Source: Scenedesmus sp. PABB004
Taxonomy: Eukaryota
Assembly (NCBI GenBank): GCA_014905635.1
Contig: JABVCE010000002.1
Location: 248,001-312,000 of the forward strand
Length of the DNA: 64,000 nucleotides
Reading direction: 5' to 3'
Part shown: positions 25,230-37,166 of the stretch, piece after piece
How positions within the stretch are numbered: the stretch's first letter is position 1
Layout of the letters: each line of letters begins with the position of its first letter
Program-made: the position numbers and the translations under genes
Notes under the pieces: generated by a model
Seen by the model: only the letters and a program-made list of their open reading frames with translations
What the model was told of the DNA's origin: nothing
Database searches by the model: none

Positions 25230-25978
25230 TCAGCACACGCCGCTGCTGTTGGCGTCGCTGAGCCGGGCGACCAGCGCGTCCTGCGCCGCGCGCACCTTGT
25301 GCAGGCTCTGCTCCTCCACCAGCAGCCTGCGGACCGGCAGGCGCGAGCGGCAGTGGTGGGTCGGGCGGCTGGCCAGCCCCGCGGCGGCTGCTGCGCGCCG
25401 GCGCTCGAGCGCGGCGCAGCCCGCCGCGCCCGCGCCTGTCCAGCTCCTGCTGCTTCTCCTGCAGCAGCTGCTCTAGCTCCTGCTGCTTTCGCCGCCGCTC
25501 CTGCACGCGACGCGCACGCGCGTCGGTGAGCGCGGCGACGCGCGCGCTGCAGGCCCGGCCGCACGCTGCGCAAGCGCTGCGCGCACCTCGTGCATCGCTG
25601 CCACGCGGTTGCGCAGGCCGACGGCGCGGAGCTTCTCCGCCTCGATCATGTTCACCTGCTGGTCCACCGCCGCAACGTACTTGGCGACGCTGTCCTGCAG
25701 CTGCTGCATGTTGCTGACAAACTTGCCGCAGTTGTCCTGCGCAGGCACGCGGGCCCGCGGCGCCCTCGGCGGCGCGGCACAGGCGCGCGCCCGCGCCCGC
25801 GCCGGCCTGGCGGCGCGCCGCACCTGCAGCGCCTGGCTGGCGTTGAACTTGTCCACGTCCAGTATGCGCACCCGGTTGTCCTACGGCGGCGACGACGGCG
25901 GGTGGCCGCGTGCTGCACGGCGGGGACGCCGTTGACCGCGCGCCGCACCTCATCGAAGAAGATGCCCCGCCCGTCCAT
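25230..25978 (-). CDS. IFT20: Intraflagellar transport protein 20, 5 exons
   Basis: MDGRGIFFDE|DNRVRILD...IEAEKLRAVGLRN...LLQEKQQELDRLLVEEQSLHKV, matching the IFT20 pattern. Confidence 0.93.
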
Positions 25979-26552
25979 GGCGCGGGCCGACTCAGGCCTG
26001 GGACCCTCCACGGGCGGCGGCCGTCGCCGGGGCGCGCTGCTGCGCCGACCGCGCAGGAGGCGGGCCGTCTGCGAGGAGGGCGGCGCGAGCGGGGCGCTGC
26101 TGATGGCGCCGGGTGGCTGGCGAGCGGCGCGGTGGTGGTCTTGTGGCGGGCAGCCGGCGGAGCAGGCGGATGCGGTGCGCACGTGGGTGGAGCGCTGCGG
26201 ACGCGCGAGACGTGTCAGTATTCGAAGCGCCGCCGCGCCCACAGCCCCGCCGCCATCCAGCGCGCCGCCGCATCTCCGGCCACACGCCCGTGCGCAGGCC
26301 TGCCCACAGCATAGACCCCGGCGCCGGCGGCCAGCCGCAGCGGCGGCAGCAGCACGCGCACAGCGGCAGCGAGTGCTCTCGCTGCTGGCAGCAGGCCCGC
26401 CCGCAGCCCCGCCCCCGATCCCGCGCCGCTGGTCGCGATCGCGGCGAGGCGCCTGCGGACCGCCATGCGGCCGGCGGCGGCAGCGCGGCGGCGCGCGGAG
26501 CAGCGCCGGTAGCGCAGCGCGCCGCGCCGCGGGGCCGCCCCCGCCGGCCTCG

Positions 26553-29339
26553 ATGAGCCGGCAGCGCAGCTGGAACCTGGACGACCTGGCCGGCGAGTTT
26601 GAGGCGCTGCCGGAGCCGGCGCCGGCGCCCGCGGCGGCGGGCGGCGCGGCCCGGGCGGCGCCGGCGGCGCGGCCGGCCGCGCCGCAGCAGCGCCTGCCGC
26701 GCAGCAGCACCAGCAACCCACGCGCGTCAGCGCCAATTGACCTCACCTCGCCGCGCCGGCCGAGCGCGCCGGCGGGGCGCGCGCGGGGCCCGCTCTCGCC
26801 GGGGCGGCCGCCGAGCGCGCCGCCGGCGGCGGGCTCGCGGGGCGTGCTGTCACCGCCGGCGCGGCCCGCGGGCGGCCAGCCGCCGCCGCCCGCGCGCCCC
26901 GCCGGCGCGCAGCGGCAGCAGCCCGCGCCGGCCGTGCCGGGCGGCGGCGCCGAGGGCGCGGGGCAGTCGCGGCTGAAGCAGTACGTCGCCGACCTCGCAC
27001 GCCGCGCGGCGCACATCCAGCTGGGCCCCAACCTGCTGGACCTGCGGCGCCAGCAGGAGGGGCTGGGCATCCGGTGCGGCGGCGGGCGGTGGGGCGGCGC
27101 GCGCGCGCGTGTTCCTTGGGGGCGGGGGTGTCGGCGCGGGCGGCGGCGCGCGGTCAAGCGCGGCGACGCGCTCCTCGCCCCTGCAGCTCGTCCGCCTCCC
27201 CCTCCACCGCCCGAACTGTTCAAACCACCACTGATTCAAACCACGCCTCACTCTCCCTCCACCCACAAGCGAATACTATGGCATCCAGCACCTCGTGCGC
27301 CTCGTGGAGCACGAGGCGCGCCGCCCCTTTGCCGCGGGGCGCAAGGTGCTCTGCAAGGACGTGCACGGCCCCGGCTGCAGGGAGTGCAAGACCTGCCACT
27401 TCTGCAGGCGCGCCCGGCGGCAGCGGCGGCGGCCGCCGCCGCGCGGCGGCGCGCGTGGCGGCCGGCGCGGCCGGCGCGCTGGCAGGGCCGGGCGGCCGAC
27501 GCCGCCGCCGCGCCGCACGCAGGCAGAAGACCATCGACGTCAAGACCTCCTGCGCGTGCGCGTACGGCCGCGTGACGCCGCAGGCGGGCCGCGGGCGGGG
27601 GCACTGGTGCGGCGCGTGCCTGCAGGCGCGCATGGGTGAGAACGTCGAGGAGGTGCGGCGCCGACGGCGCGCCGCGCCGCGCACCTGCGCGGCCGCCTGC
27701 CGCGCGCGCGCCGCTGCCAGCCCACGCCCGCGCGCGCGGCGCCGCCGGCGCCGTTGCTGTGCGCGCCAGGTGCTGCGCCGCAGCGACTGGCGCTGCCCCG
27801 TATGCCGCGGCATCTGCAACTGCTCCGGCCCCAACTGCCTGCGGCGCAGCAAGGGCCTGCTGCCCACGGAGCAGCTGGTGCACGAGGCTCTGCACCTGGG
27901 CTACAAGTCGGTGCGCCGCGGCGCCGCCGCCGCCCAGGGCGCGCGCCGTGCGGCCGCGCCGCGCCTGCGCGCGCCTGGTGGTGCTGCGCGCGCTGCCGAG
28001 CCCGCCGCCGCCGCCGTGTGCTCGGCTCAGGTCGCACACTACCTGATCCTGACGCACCTGCGTGAGTCGGGCTACGTGCCGCCCGTGGAGAGCCTGGACG
28101 CGGGCGCGCTGCGCCTGGCGCAGCAGCAGCAGGCCGCGGCGGCCGCCGCGGCGACGGCGGCGGCCGGCGCAGCGGCCGCGAGCGCGGTGGCGGCGACGGC
28201 GCGCGAGGCCGCCGGCAGGCGCGCCGCGGCGGCGGTGCGGCAGCGCCAGGCGATGCTGGAGGCGTGCGAGCTCGAGTTTGCACCGCCGGAGCAGCACGCG
28301 GTGGACGCGCTGCTCGCGGAGCGGGGGCTCGCGCTGGACGTGCTGGACGGTGCCGACGACAGCGACGACGACGACGACCCCCCGCTCAGCGCGGGGCTCG
28401 GCGCCACGCTGAGCGCGCAGCCGGGCTGGCCACGGGCGTGGCTCGGCGGCGGCTTCGGCGCGCCGGCGCCGGGCGGCGCCGCGCGCCCGCAGTCGGCGCC
28501 GCGCGGCGCGGGCGCTATGGCGCCGGCGCTGGCCACGCCGGGGCTGCACGCGGGCGCCCCGGCGCTGCCGGAGAGGCGCCCCAGCCCGCTGGGGCGGCTG
28601 CCCAGCCCAGCAGTCGGCGCGCAGGCGCCGCCGCAGGGGCTGGCATGGCCGCGCGACGATGGCGGCGCGGCGCTCATGCCGCCGCCGGCGCCGCGGGGGC
28701 AGCAGCAGCAGCAGCGGCAGCAGCAGCAGCAGGAGCAGCAGCCCGGCCAGCAGGGCGCGGCTGGGGAGCCGCCGCTCAACGCGCTGCAGCAGCAGCGCCT
28801 GCAGCGCATGCAGGCCGCCGACGGCAGCTTCAGTGCCAGCGACCTGCCGGCCTGGGACGCCCCGGGCTACGTGGGCGAGCGCGGCGCCCCCGCGGGTGAG
28901 GGCGGCGCGCGGCAGCCGGCGCCAGCGAGCCCGCGGGTGGGCCTGCCGCAGGCCGTTGCCGGCGGGGGCGTGCTCGCCAAGGCGGCAGGCGGCGCGGCAG
29001 GCACCTTTGGCGCCGCGCTCGCAGCCCTCGGCGGCAGCGGCACCCGGCGCGGCGGCGGCAGCGGCACCAGGGCCGGCGGCGGCGGCGGCGGCGGTGAGCG
29101 GCTCGTGCGCGGCGCAGTGGAGGCCGGCGCGGTCGAGGCGCCGCCAGGCAAGCGCGCCCGGCTGTCTGACGAGGCCCCCGAGATGGACCGCGCGGCGCTG
29201 CTGGCGGCGGTGCCGGGGGCTGGCTGCGACACGGAGGCAGAGGAGCCAGACCAGCTCCAGCGGTCGGAGCACTCGCAGCTGGACCCGCAGCAACCGGTCC
29301 CGGAGCAGCCGGGCCCGGAGCAGCGGGACCAGCAGCAGG

Positions 29340-29370
<31 letters not shown>

Positions 29371-32054
29371 CGTCGGCCGGCCGGCGCTGGCCGGGGCCGC
29401 CGCGCCCTCAGCGCCGGCCGCGGACGCGCCGGGTCCCGTGGTGCTGCTGCCCAGCCGCTCGCACGAGCACCTGCGCATGCTGGAGCTGCTGCGCCGCCTG
29501 GCGGCGCTGCGCGCGCCGGGCGTGGTGCTGCGCGGCGGCTGTCCCGGGTATGGCGCAGAGCTGGTGGCCCGTGCGAGCTCGGCGGTGCTGGACGAGGCGT
29601 TTCACAACAGCGGCGCGTGGACGGAGCCAGTGGTGGTCAACCACGGCTTTGGAGGTGCGGCGCTGGGTAGCGCGACTTCGGACCCCCCCTCCCTGCTTCC
29701 TGTGCTGCTGCCCACGCCGCTGCTCGTGCCGCCGCCGCTGGTGCCGCCCGCCACCGCGCGCCAGCCGCTGTCGGCGACGTCGAGGCGCTCCGCGGCGCGG
29801 CGCAGCTGCTGGCGGAGCTGGCGCGGCTGCTGCCGCTGAGCTCAGTAGCCTGCGACGTGGTGCAGCGGCTGCAAGGGCAGCAGCCCTTCCTCAACTTCCG
29901 CGCCAGCAGCCCGCAGGCCAGGTGCGCGCGGGCACGCGCGCAGCGGCGCGGCGCCAGCCGCCCGCCGCCCGCCGCCGGCCCCCGCGGCGGCCGAGCCACG
30001 CGCGCTGCCACGTCTGCGCAGGAGCGTGCTGCTGAATGCCTGCGTGGGCGTGATCACCGTGCTGCTGCAGCGCACCACGCCCGCCGCGACGGTGGCGGCG
30101 CTCGAGACGGCGCTCGCCGTCCACCTGCCGCCGCCGGGGCCCGACGGAGCGGGCGCGCCGCCGCCGCCGTCGGGCGCGCTGCGCGCGGTGCGGGGCGCCG
30201 CCGAGCGCACGGTGCGCGAGCTGGGCTGCGCGCTCGCCGGCGTGGCGGGGCTCTGCAAGCGCCTGCTGGAATGCATGGGCGAGCTTATCGATGAGGTGGC
30301 AGCGCTCTCCGCGCTGCGGCAGGCGCCGCAGGACCTGCTGGGGGTGAGGCGCGGCGGCCGCGTGCAGCGGCTGCGGCGGCGCCATCGTGCGGTGGCCGGC
30401 AGCGCCGGCGCCGGCAGCCTGGCCTTGCGCCCAGGCAGGCGCGCGCTCACCGCCGCCCGCGTGCTGCCCCACGCCCGCAGCCCGTTGTGGTGGGTCCGAT
30501 TCGGTGGCCCGCTGCCAGCCAGGAGCAGCCCGCGCAGACGCCGGGCGTCGCGCCCGCGCTCGCGCTGCTGCAGCTACAGCAGCAGATGGAGGCGGCGCGC
30601 GGGGAGCGGCTGCAGCAGCTGGAGAGCCTGGCCGCCGCGGACGCGACGCTGCTGAGGTCGCTGCTGGCGAACATCGTGGTGTTCTCGCAGCACCTGCCGC
30701 GCGCAGCCGCCGCGGCGCTGCTCGCCGGCCCCCAGCTCGGGGCACTGCTGGACCTCAGCGTCGACTGGCCCCTCGAGGTGCGCGGCCGCGGCGCGCTGTG
30801 CCGGCCCCACGCCACGCTCCCTGCCCCGCCGCGCACGCGCCGCCGCCGGCCTGCCGCCTGCGCCGCGTCAAGCCGGCGCCGCGCGCCCGCCCGCTCGCCG
30901 CCGCTCCGCAGGTGAGGCGCCAGGCGCTGCTGGCGCTCGGCGCGCTCATCCGCCAGGCGGCGCCGGACATGCAGGCGGACGGGGCCTGGGGGGTGCAGGA
31001 CGGCGAGCAGCTGCTCGACGCGCTCCTGCAGCAGCGGCAGCAGCAGGAGCAGCAGCACGAGCAGCAGCACGAGCAGCAGCTGGAGGACGGGCCGGCATCG
31101 CTGGCGTCGCTGGCGGCGGCGCAGCACCACCTGCTGCTGCACGCGCTCGGAGGCCGGCTCGCGCCGGCGGTGCGGCTCGAGGCGGCGCGGGACGTGGCCG
31201 CGCTGGTGGGGCAGCACGCCCTGCCCCCGCTTGAGCTCCTGGTGGCGGCCGAGTACGAGCCGCGCAAGCGCTGGGTAGCGGAGCGGCTGGGCGCGCGCGC
31301 GCCCGGCTGCGGGGCGGCGGCCCCGCAGCCGCGTTCGCAGCAGGGGCTGCTGCCCGCGTGGCTGGCCCAGGACAGCACGCAGGAGGAGGAAGAGCGGCAG
31401 CGCCAGGCCAGCTTTGCGCTGGGCACCGTCAAGGTGGACGCGCTGGCGGCCGCGTACGCGCTGCAGCTGAGCGCGGGCGTCACGGGCTGGCCCGGCATGG
31501 AGCAGCAGCTGCTCGCGCCCGCCAGCGGGCTCACGCAGTTTGGCGAGCACCTGCAGGCGCCCAGCCTGCGCCGCCTCGCGCTGTTTGCAGCGGCGCGCAT
31601 GGTGCAGCTCGCGCCGTCGCTGCTGCGGCCGGGCGCAGCACCCGGCGCCATGAGCGCGTCCTGGCTGCTGCGCCTGTGGCTGCGGGGCCTGCTTGACAAC
31701 CCCGGCGCCGACTTTGGCCGCGTGCGGGCCTACGCGACGGTCGTGCTGCACGCCCACCCCGCGACCGCGCCGCTCTTCGCCGCCTGCCCCTGGCTCGCCG
31801 ACGGCGGCGCGAAGCAGGAGCTCGCGCGCGACCGCGGCGGCGCCGCGCGCGCCGCGCTGGCCCGGGCCGTGGCGGCGGCGCTCGCGAGCGGCGCGGGGCG
31901 GGCGTGCGGCGTGGGCCTGCCGGACGTGCTGGACGCGCCGCTCGTGCAGGTGGGCGGCGGCGCGCGCGGCGCGGCGCGCCGGGCGCTGCTGCTGGGCCGG
32001 CTGTCGCGCCCGTGCGCGTGCCGGCCGCTTCCGCGCCGCGCAGCGCCGCGCGCG

Positions 32055-32135
<81 letters not shown>

Positions 32136-33933
32136 TGCCCCGCAGTTCCTGCGCGCGCGCCAGGCGGAGCTGGGCAGCAGGTCGGCGGTGGAGCCGCAGA
32201 CGCTGCTCGCGTGGCAGCGCGCCTGCATGCCGAGCCTGCTGGCGCTGTCGGAGGAGGCGAGCAGCGCCGAGGTGGCTGCGCTGATGGACGTCGCGCACAC
32301 CTGGGTGCGCGCCGGCGTGCTGGCGGTCACGGGGCTGGAGCCGCGGGGCGGCGCCGGCGAGCCCGGCAGCGACGGCGAGGCGCTGCGGGTGCTGCAGCGC
32401 TGCGCCCTCGCCGAGCTGCGTGCCTACCTGGGCCAGCTCGTGGCGCTGGCGGGGCGCGGCTGCCTGCTGGACGGCCTCAGCGCCGCCAGCTGGCCCGCTG
32501 CCGTCGGTGGCGGCGGCGGTGGCGGCGCGCTGCTGCCCCAGCTGTGGCCGGCGCGCCGGCTGCAGGCGCGGCTGCCCTGCCTGCGCGGCCTGGTGGGCGT
32601 GCTGGTGGAGGTGCTGTCAGCGGGCGACGCGCTGCGCCCGCACGAGGACGCGCTGCTCGTGCACGTGGCGGCGGCGCTCACGTCGTGCAGCGGCCTGGCT
32701 GCCGTCGGCGCCAGCGACGCGGCGCCGACGGAAGCTGGCGCGCCGGGGACCCCCGGCTCCACTTCACCGGGGCTGCTGCACCTGCTGCTGGGCACGCACG
32801 TGCGGCTGGTGCTGGAGGCCAGCAGCGACAAGCCCTGCCCCAGCACGCACCGGCGCGCTATCAATGCGCTGCACCTCGTGCGCGTGCTGTTCGCGCAGCC
32901 AGGGCTGCTCGCGCCGGCCAGCCTGCAGCTGCTGCTGCCCTGCCTCGCGCGGCCGGCGCTGCACCTGCTGGCGCCCTGCGCTGGCGGCGGCGGCGGCTGC
33001 GACGCGGTGCAGCTGCAGGTGCTGCTGCTGCTCCAGCAGCTGCTGTGCGGCCCGCACGGCGCGGCGCTGCTGGCGCCGCCAGACGGCGATGCAGAGGGCG
33101 AGGCGCCCAACGGGCAGCAGCAGGGGGTCATCGACTTCAGGTGTGTGTCGCGTTGTGTGCGGTGCTGGGGACGTCGGCCGGGGCAGCCGGTCGCCTGGCT
33201 GGGCCGGTCGAGCGTGCGCGTCCCCGGCGCCGCGCTGCGGGCGCCACGTGCACTCACGAAACTGCGCGGCGCGTGCGCTGCCGCAGGAACGGGCCGCTGC
33301 GGAGAGTGACGCCACTGGCCCCGGCGCAGCTGCGGCAGCTCGCGCTGGTGCTGCTGCGCGCCAGCCTGCAGGCGGTGCTGGCCCTGGTGGCCGCGCAGCT
33401 GGGCGCGGACGCGGCGCCGGCTGTCGGGCACGCGGCGCAGCCCGCGGCCAGCCAGGCCAGCCAGGCAGCGGCGGCGCCCGTGCCAAGCGGTGGCGCGGCG
33501 GGCGCTGCCGACGGCGACGGCGCGCTGGCGCCGCTGCAGGCGGCCGACGGCCCCGCGGCGGTGCAGACGCTGTTCTGCCTCACCGGGCCGCCGGCCGAGG
33601 TGTCGTCCGAGCTGAGCGGCTGGGCGCGCGCCGACAGCCTGGCGGGCTTGCCGGCCGGCGCGGCGGCCGCGGCGGTCGCGGTCTCCCGGCCAGCCGACTT
33701 TGGCTGGCGCCTGGCGAGGGCGGGCCTGAGCTACGCGGCCGCGCTGGCGCAGCAGGGCGGCGCGGCGGGCGCGCTCGCGCTGCAGGCCATGCCCTGGCTG
33801 TCCGGCGCGCTGCGCGGCGCCGGCGGGCGGGGGCGGCCCCTCGCGGCGGCATACGACGAGCTGCTGGCGCGCCTGCCGCCCGAGCAGCAGCCGCGCTTCT
33901 CGCTCGCGGCGTGGCGCCGGGAGCTGCAGCTCC

Positions 33934-33970
<37 letters not shown>

Positions 33971-35228
33971 CGAGCGCGAGCGGCGGCTGGCGCCGGGCGC
34001 GAACGCGGCCGGGCCGGCGCTCAGCAGCCAGGCGTGCAGCGTGGCCGTGCCGCGCGGGCGGCCGCTGCAGGAGGCGGGGCAGGCGCGACGCGGCGGCGCC
34101 CCGCCTGCCAGCCAGGCGTTCTCGCAGGGCGGCGGCCGCGCCGCCAGCTGCGCGGGAGCGCAGGGCCCGCAGCAGCCGGCGGGCCGCGCCTTGGCGGCGG
34201 GGCCGGTGGCTGTGCGACGGTGCTACGCGGCAGCGGACGACAAGGTGGACGAGGCCACCAGCAGCCTGTCTTCAAGGGGCAAGGCGCCGGCGGCTGGCCC
34301 GCCGCGCGCGCGCGCGCCTGACGCGGCGCCCCCCGGCCAGCGCGGGCCGCGCGGCGCGGCGCCGGGCGGCGGCTCGGAGCAGCTGCTGGGGCAGCTGGTG
34401 GCGTGGGTGCCGGTGAAGCACGCGCGGCCCGTGTTCCGAGCCATACTCGCGGTGTCGCAGCGCGGCGCGGGGGCGGCCGACGGTCCCGCGCTGGTGCAGG
34501 TCCTCCTGATCAACGCCGCCGCCGAGCAGTGAGCGCCGCGCCCCGCCGCGCCGCGCCGCGCCGCGCCGCAGCGCACCACGCAGTGCGCGGGCCGGCGCCG
34601 ACGCCGCACGCGCCCGCCGCACGCGCGCCCCCGCCGCAGCATGGCGGGTCTGGAGGTCGCGGGGCAGCTCGTGCCCCGGCGCACGCTGCTGGGCTTTTCC
34701 AACGCGTCGCTGCTGCAGCAGCGCGCGAGCGGCGGCGGCGGCGGTGGCGGCGGCGGCGCGCACGCGGCGTGGCCGAGCTACGGCCTCACGGCGGCGAGCC
34801 GCGTGTTTGCCCAGCTGCGGCCGGACGACGAGGCGGCCAGCACGTGCGACAGCGCGGCCGACGGCGGCGGCGTGACGTGCGACGGCCGGCCGCTGCCGCG
34901 GTGCCCCGGCGACGCCGCCTGGGAGTGGTGGGACGAGCGCGTCGCGGCGCTCCGGCCGCTCGGCCAGGCCGAGTGGGCGCGCCTCGTGCGCGGCGCGCAG
35001 CGCGCGCAGGGCGCCAGCGAGGGCGGCAGGTCGGAGGCCCGGCAGCCGGCGGCACAGCAGGCCCCCGCGGGCTCGGGCGCGGCGGCCGCGGGCGGCGTCG
35101 GCGGCCCGCGCGCGCCGCTCGCAGAGGTGCAGCCGCCGCAGGGCGGTCCGGCGGCCGCGCCCGCGCCATCGTGTGGCGACTCGCAGGCGACGATCAAGTA
35201 CGCGACACAGCTGCCGGAGCAGCGCTAG
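26553..35228 (+). CDS. ~2400 aa protein with CDCA7-type zf-4CXXC_R1 finger, long helical region and probable C-terminal OB fold (~12 exons)
   Basis: KTCHFCRQKT...C.C...G.WCGACLQARMGENVEEVL...WRCPVCRGICNCS..C.R...G..PT..L...A...GYKSVAHYL. Downstream exons splice in compatible phase to TAG at 35226-35228. Confidence 0.8.
32056..32135. repeat. (CCG)n intronic trinucleotide repeat
   Basis: Perfect CCG run of ~80 nt just before a CAG acceptor. Confidence 0.95.
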
Positions 35229-35433
35229 CGCGCGCGCGGCGTCGCGTCGGCGCAGCGCGAGCGGGGCTCGGCGCCGCGCGGTTCAGCGTGCCGCCGGCGG
35301 ATGAGGTTATGAGTGTCGAGCGGCGCAGATGCATGGAGCCGCTGAGGCGCCCTGAGGCACCCCTGTACAGCGAATCGGCGGGCGCTGGAGCGAGCGAGCA
35401 GCGGCGGCAGCGCCGGGCGGCGCGGGCGGCTCG

Positions 35434-35438
35434 TGTAA
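35434..35438 (+). promoter_or_regulatory. TGTAA polyadenylation signal of the zf-4CXXC gene
   Basis: TGTAA ~205 nt after the stop at 35228. Confidence 0.5.
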
Positions 35439-35548
35439 AGGCTCGTGCCGTGCGCCATGGCGTTCCTGGTGTTCAGCAGCTGCCGGTGCGGGGCCGTGGG
35501 CGGGCGCCGGCGCGTGGCAGCGGCGCGGCGCGGCGGCGGCAGCAGCAG

Positions 35549-36713
35549 ATGGCGCTCGCCCGCTCCCGCGGCGCCAGCTGCCCCCGCCGGCTTCGCAGTT
35601 ACGAGGCCGCCTACGTGCAGCACGTGGGAGCCGCCCAGGCGCCGCTGCAGAGCTGGAAGCTGGCGCTCGGCGCCGCGGCGTGCCTCGTGGCGGCGGCGAG
35701 GCTGGTGCTGCTGTTTGACGCCGAGAGCTCCCTGAGGTGCGGGCCGGCAGCGCCAGCCGCCAGCACCAGCCGCCGCCGTCGCCGCCGCTGAGCGCCGGCC
35801 GCGCCGCCAGGTGGCGCTCGATCGCGGTCGCGGCGGCGCTGGCTGCGCAGGCGGCTTTGCAGGGCGCGGCGGCGGCGGCGGCGTGGCGGCGCAAGGGCTG
35901 GCTGGCCGCGCGGCACGAGGCGGTCGCAGTCGCGAGCGAGCTGCTCGGCGTGCTCGGCACGGTGTGGCGGTTTGCGCTGCTCAAGCCCTCGGAGCTGCCG
36001 GGGCAGAGCGCGCTCGCCACGATGGCGCTGCGCGGTTACGTGCTCGCGTTGGACGAGGTGGGCGTCGCCACGCAGCCGGGTCCGCCGGCGCTCGAGCAGG
36101 GCGGCTGGCGGCCGCGAGCCGCTGGCGGCCGCCGCGACGGCGCGCAGCGCGCTCTCCGCGCCGCCGCTGACACGCGGCGCCCGCCGCAGGTGCGGCTGGC
36201 GACCAGCCTGCCGCTGCTGCTGTTTGAGGGCTGCGTCTTCGCATGGCTGCACGCGCGCGCGGCGGGCGCGGCGGGTGCGGTGGGCGCGGCGGCGAGGTAC
36301 GTGGTGTGGGGCCAGCTCGTCCCGCTGGCGGCCATGCTCTCCCTCGAGGTGAGCGAGAGCCTCGCCTGCCGAGCGCCTCGGCCGCAGCCCAGCACGCGGC
36401 GGCAGCACCCCAGCACGCGGAAGTGCACCCCTCTCTGCGCGCGCCAAGCGCCACGCCTGCCGCCCGCGCCCCGCAGGCGCGGCAGCGCTGGCGGTTTGTG
36501 CGCCATGCGCGTCCCCCGCTGCGCAGCCAGGGCCCGTGGCCCCGCATCATCGAGGCCCACCTGCTTGTCGCGCACGCGGCACGGCAGGTCGCGGCCGCGT
36601 CGCAACGGCACGCGGCGGTGCCGCACTGGCGCTCACCTGGCGGGCTGCTGCTGCTGGGGCTCGCCGGCGGCGCGGCGACGGGCGCGATGGCGCTGGCGCT
36701 CAGCTTCCGGTGA
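35549..36713 (+). CDS. Hypothetical multi-pass membrane protein, 4 exons
   Basis: Three GT-AG introns join hydrophobic segments (KLALGAAACLVAAARLVLLF; VRLATSLPLLLFEGCVFAWL; GQLVPLAAMLSLE|ARQRWRF). Start uncertain (35309 also possible). Confidence 0.65.
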
Positions 36714-36990
36714 CCTGCTGCGCGGGGCCGTTACTCCGCCGCAGAGCCATGCACAGCCTTCACACCGCAGCGGAAAAGAACAGACAGGGACTTTGTGGCC
36801 AGTGCCTGGGAAGGGACCAGCCTCTGCCGCTCGCAGCGGCAGCAACATCAACCACGTGCGTGCCGCAGGCACGACGAAACAGCACACGCCAGCGCAGAAC
36901 AGTCCCCCCGCACAGCCCGCGCACCACGAGTTCGACGCCGTTCCAGAGCGCTGCCACACCGAGCCGTGTCCGAGAGCTGAGCTCTCCCTA

Positions 36991-36992
<2 letters not shown>

Positions 36993-37030
<38 letters not shown>
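36993..37030. repeat. (GT)19 microsatellite
   Basis: Directly visible. Confidence 0.97.
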
Positions 37031-37031
<1 letters not shown>

Positions 37032-37126
37032 GGGGTGATCATCAACCGCAGCAGGCAGCACGCCAAGGCCGCACTCTCCAGGCTCACACGGATGATGATG
37101 CGACGCGCGCTGTGCTACCTGGGCTC

Positions 37127-37166
37127 GACTGACTGACTGCCTGTCTGACTGACTGCCTGACTGACT
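37127..37166. repeat. Imperfect (GACT)n tetranucleotide repeat
   Basis: gactgactgactgcctgtctgactgactgcctgactgact. Confidence 0.85.

Noticed and set aside
30387..34532. 1381 aa ORF and the many other long Arg/Ala/Pro-rich ORFs in the track
   Set aside because: Stop-codon scarcity at extreme GC. They are read-throughs of introns, alternative frames or antisense shadows of spliced genes.
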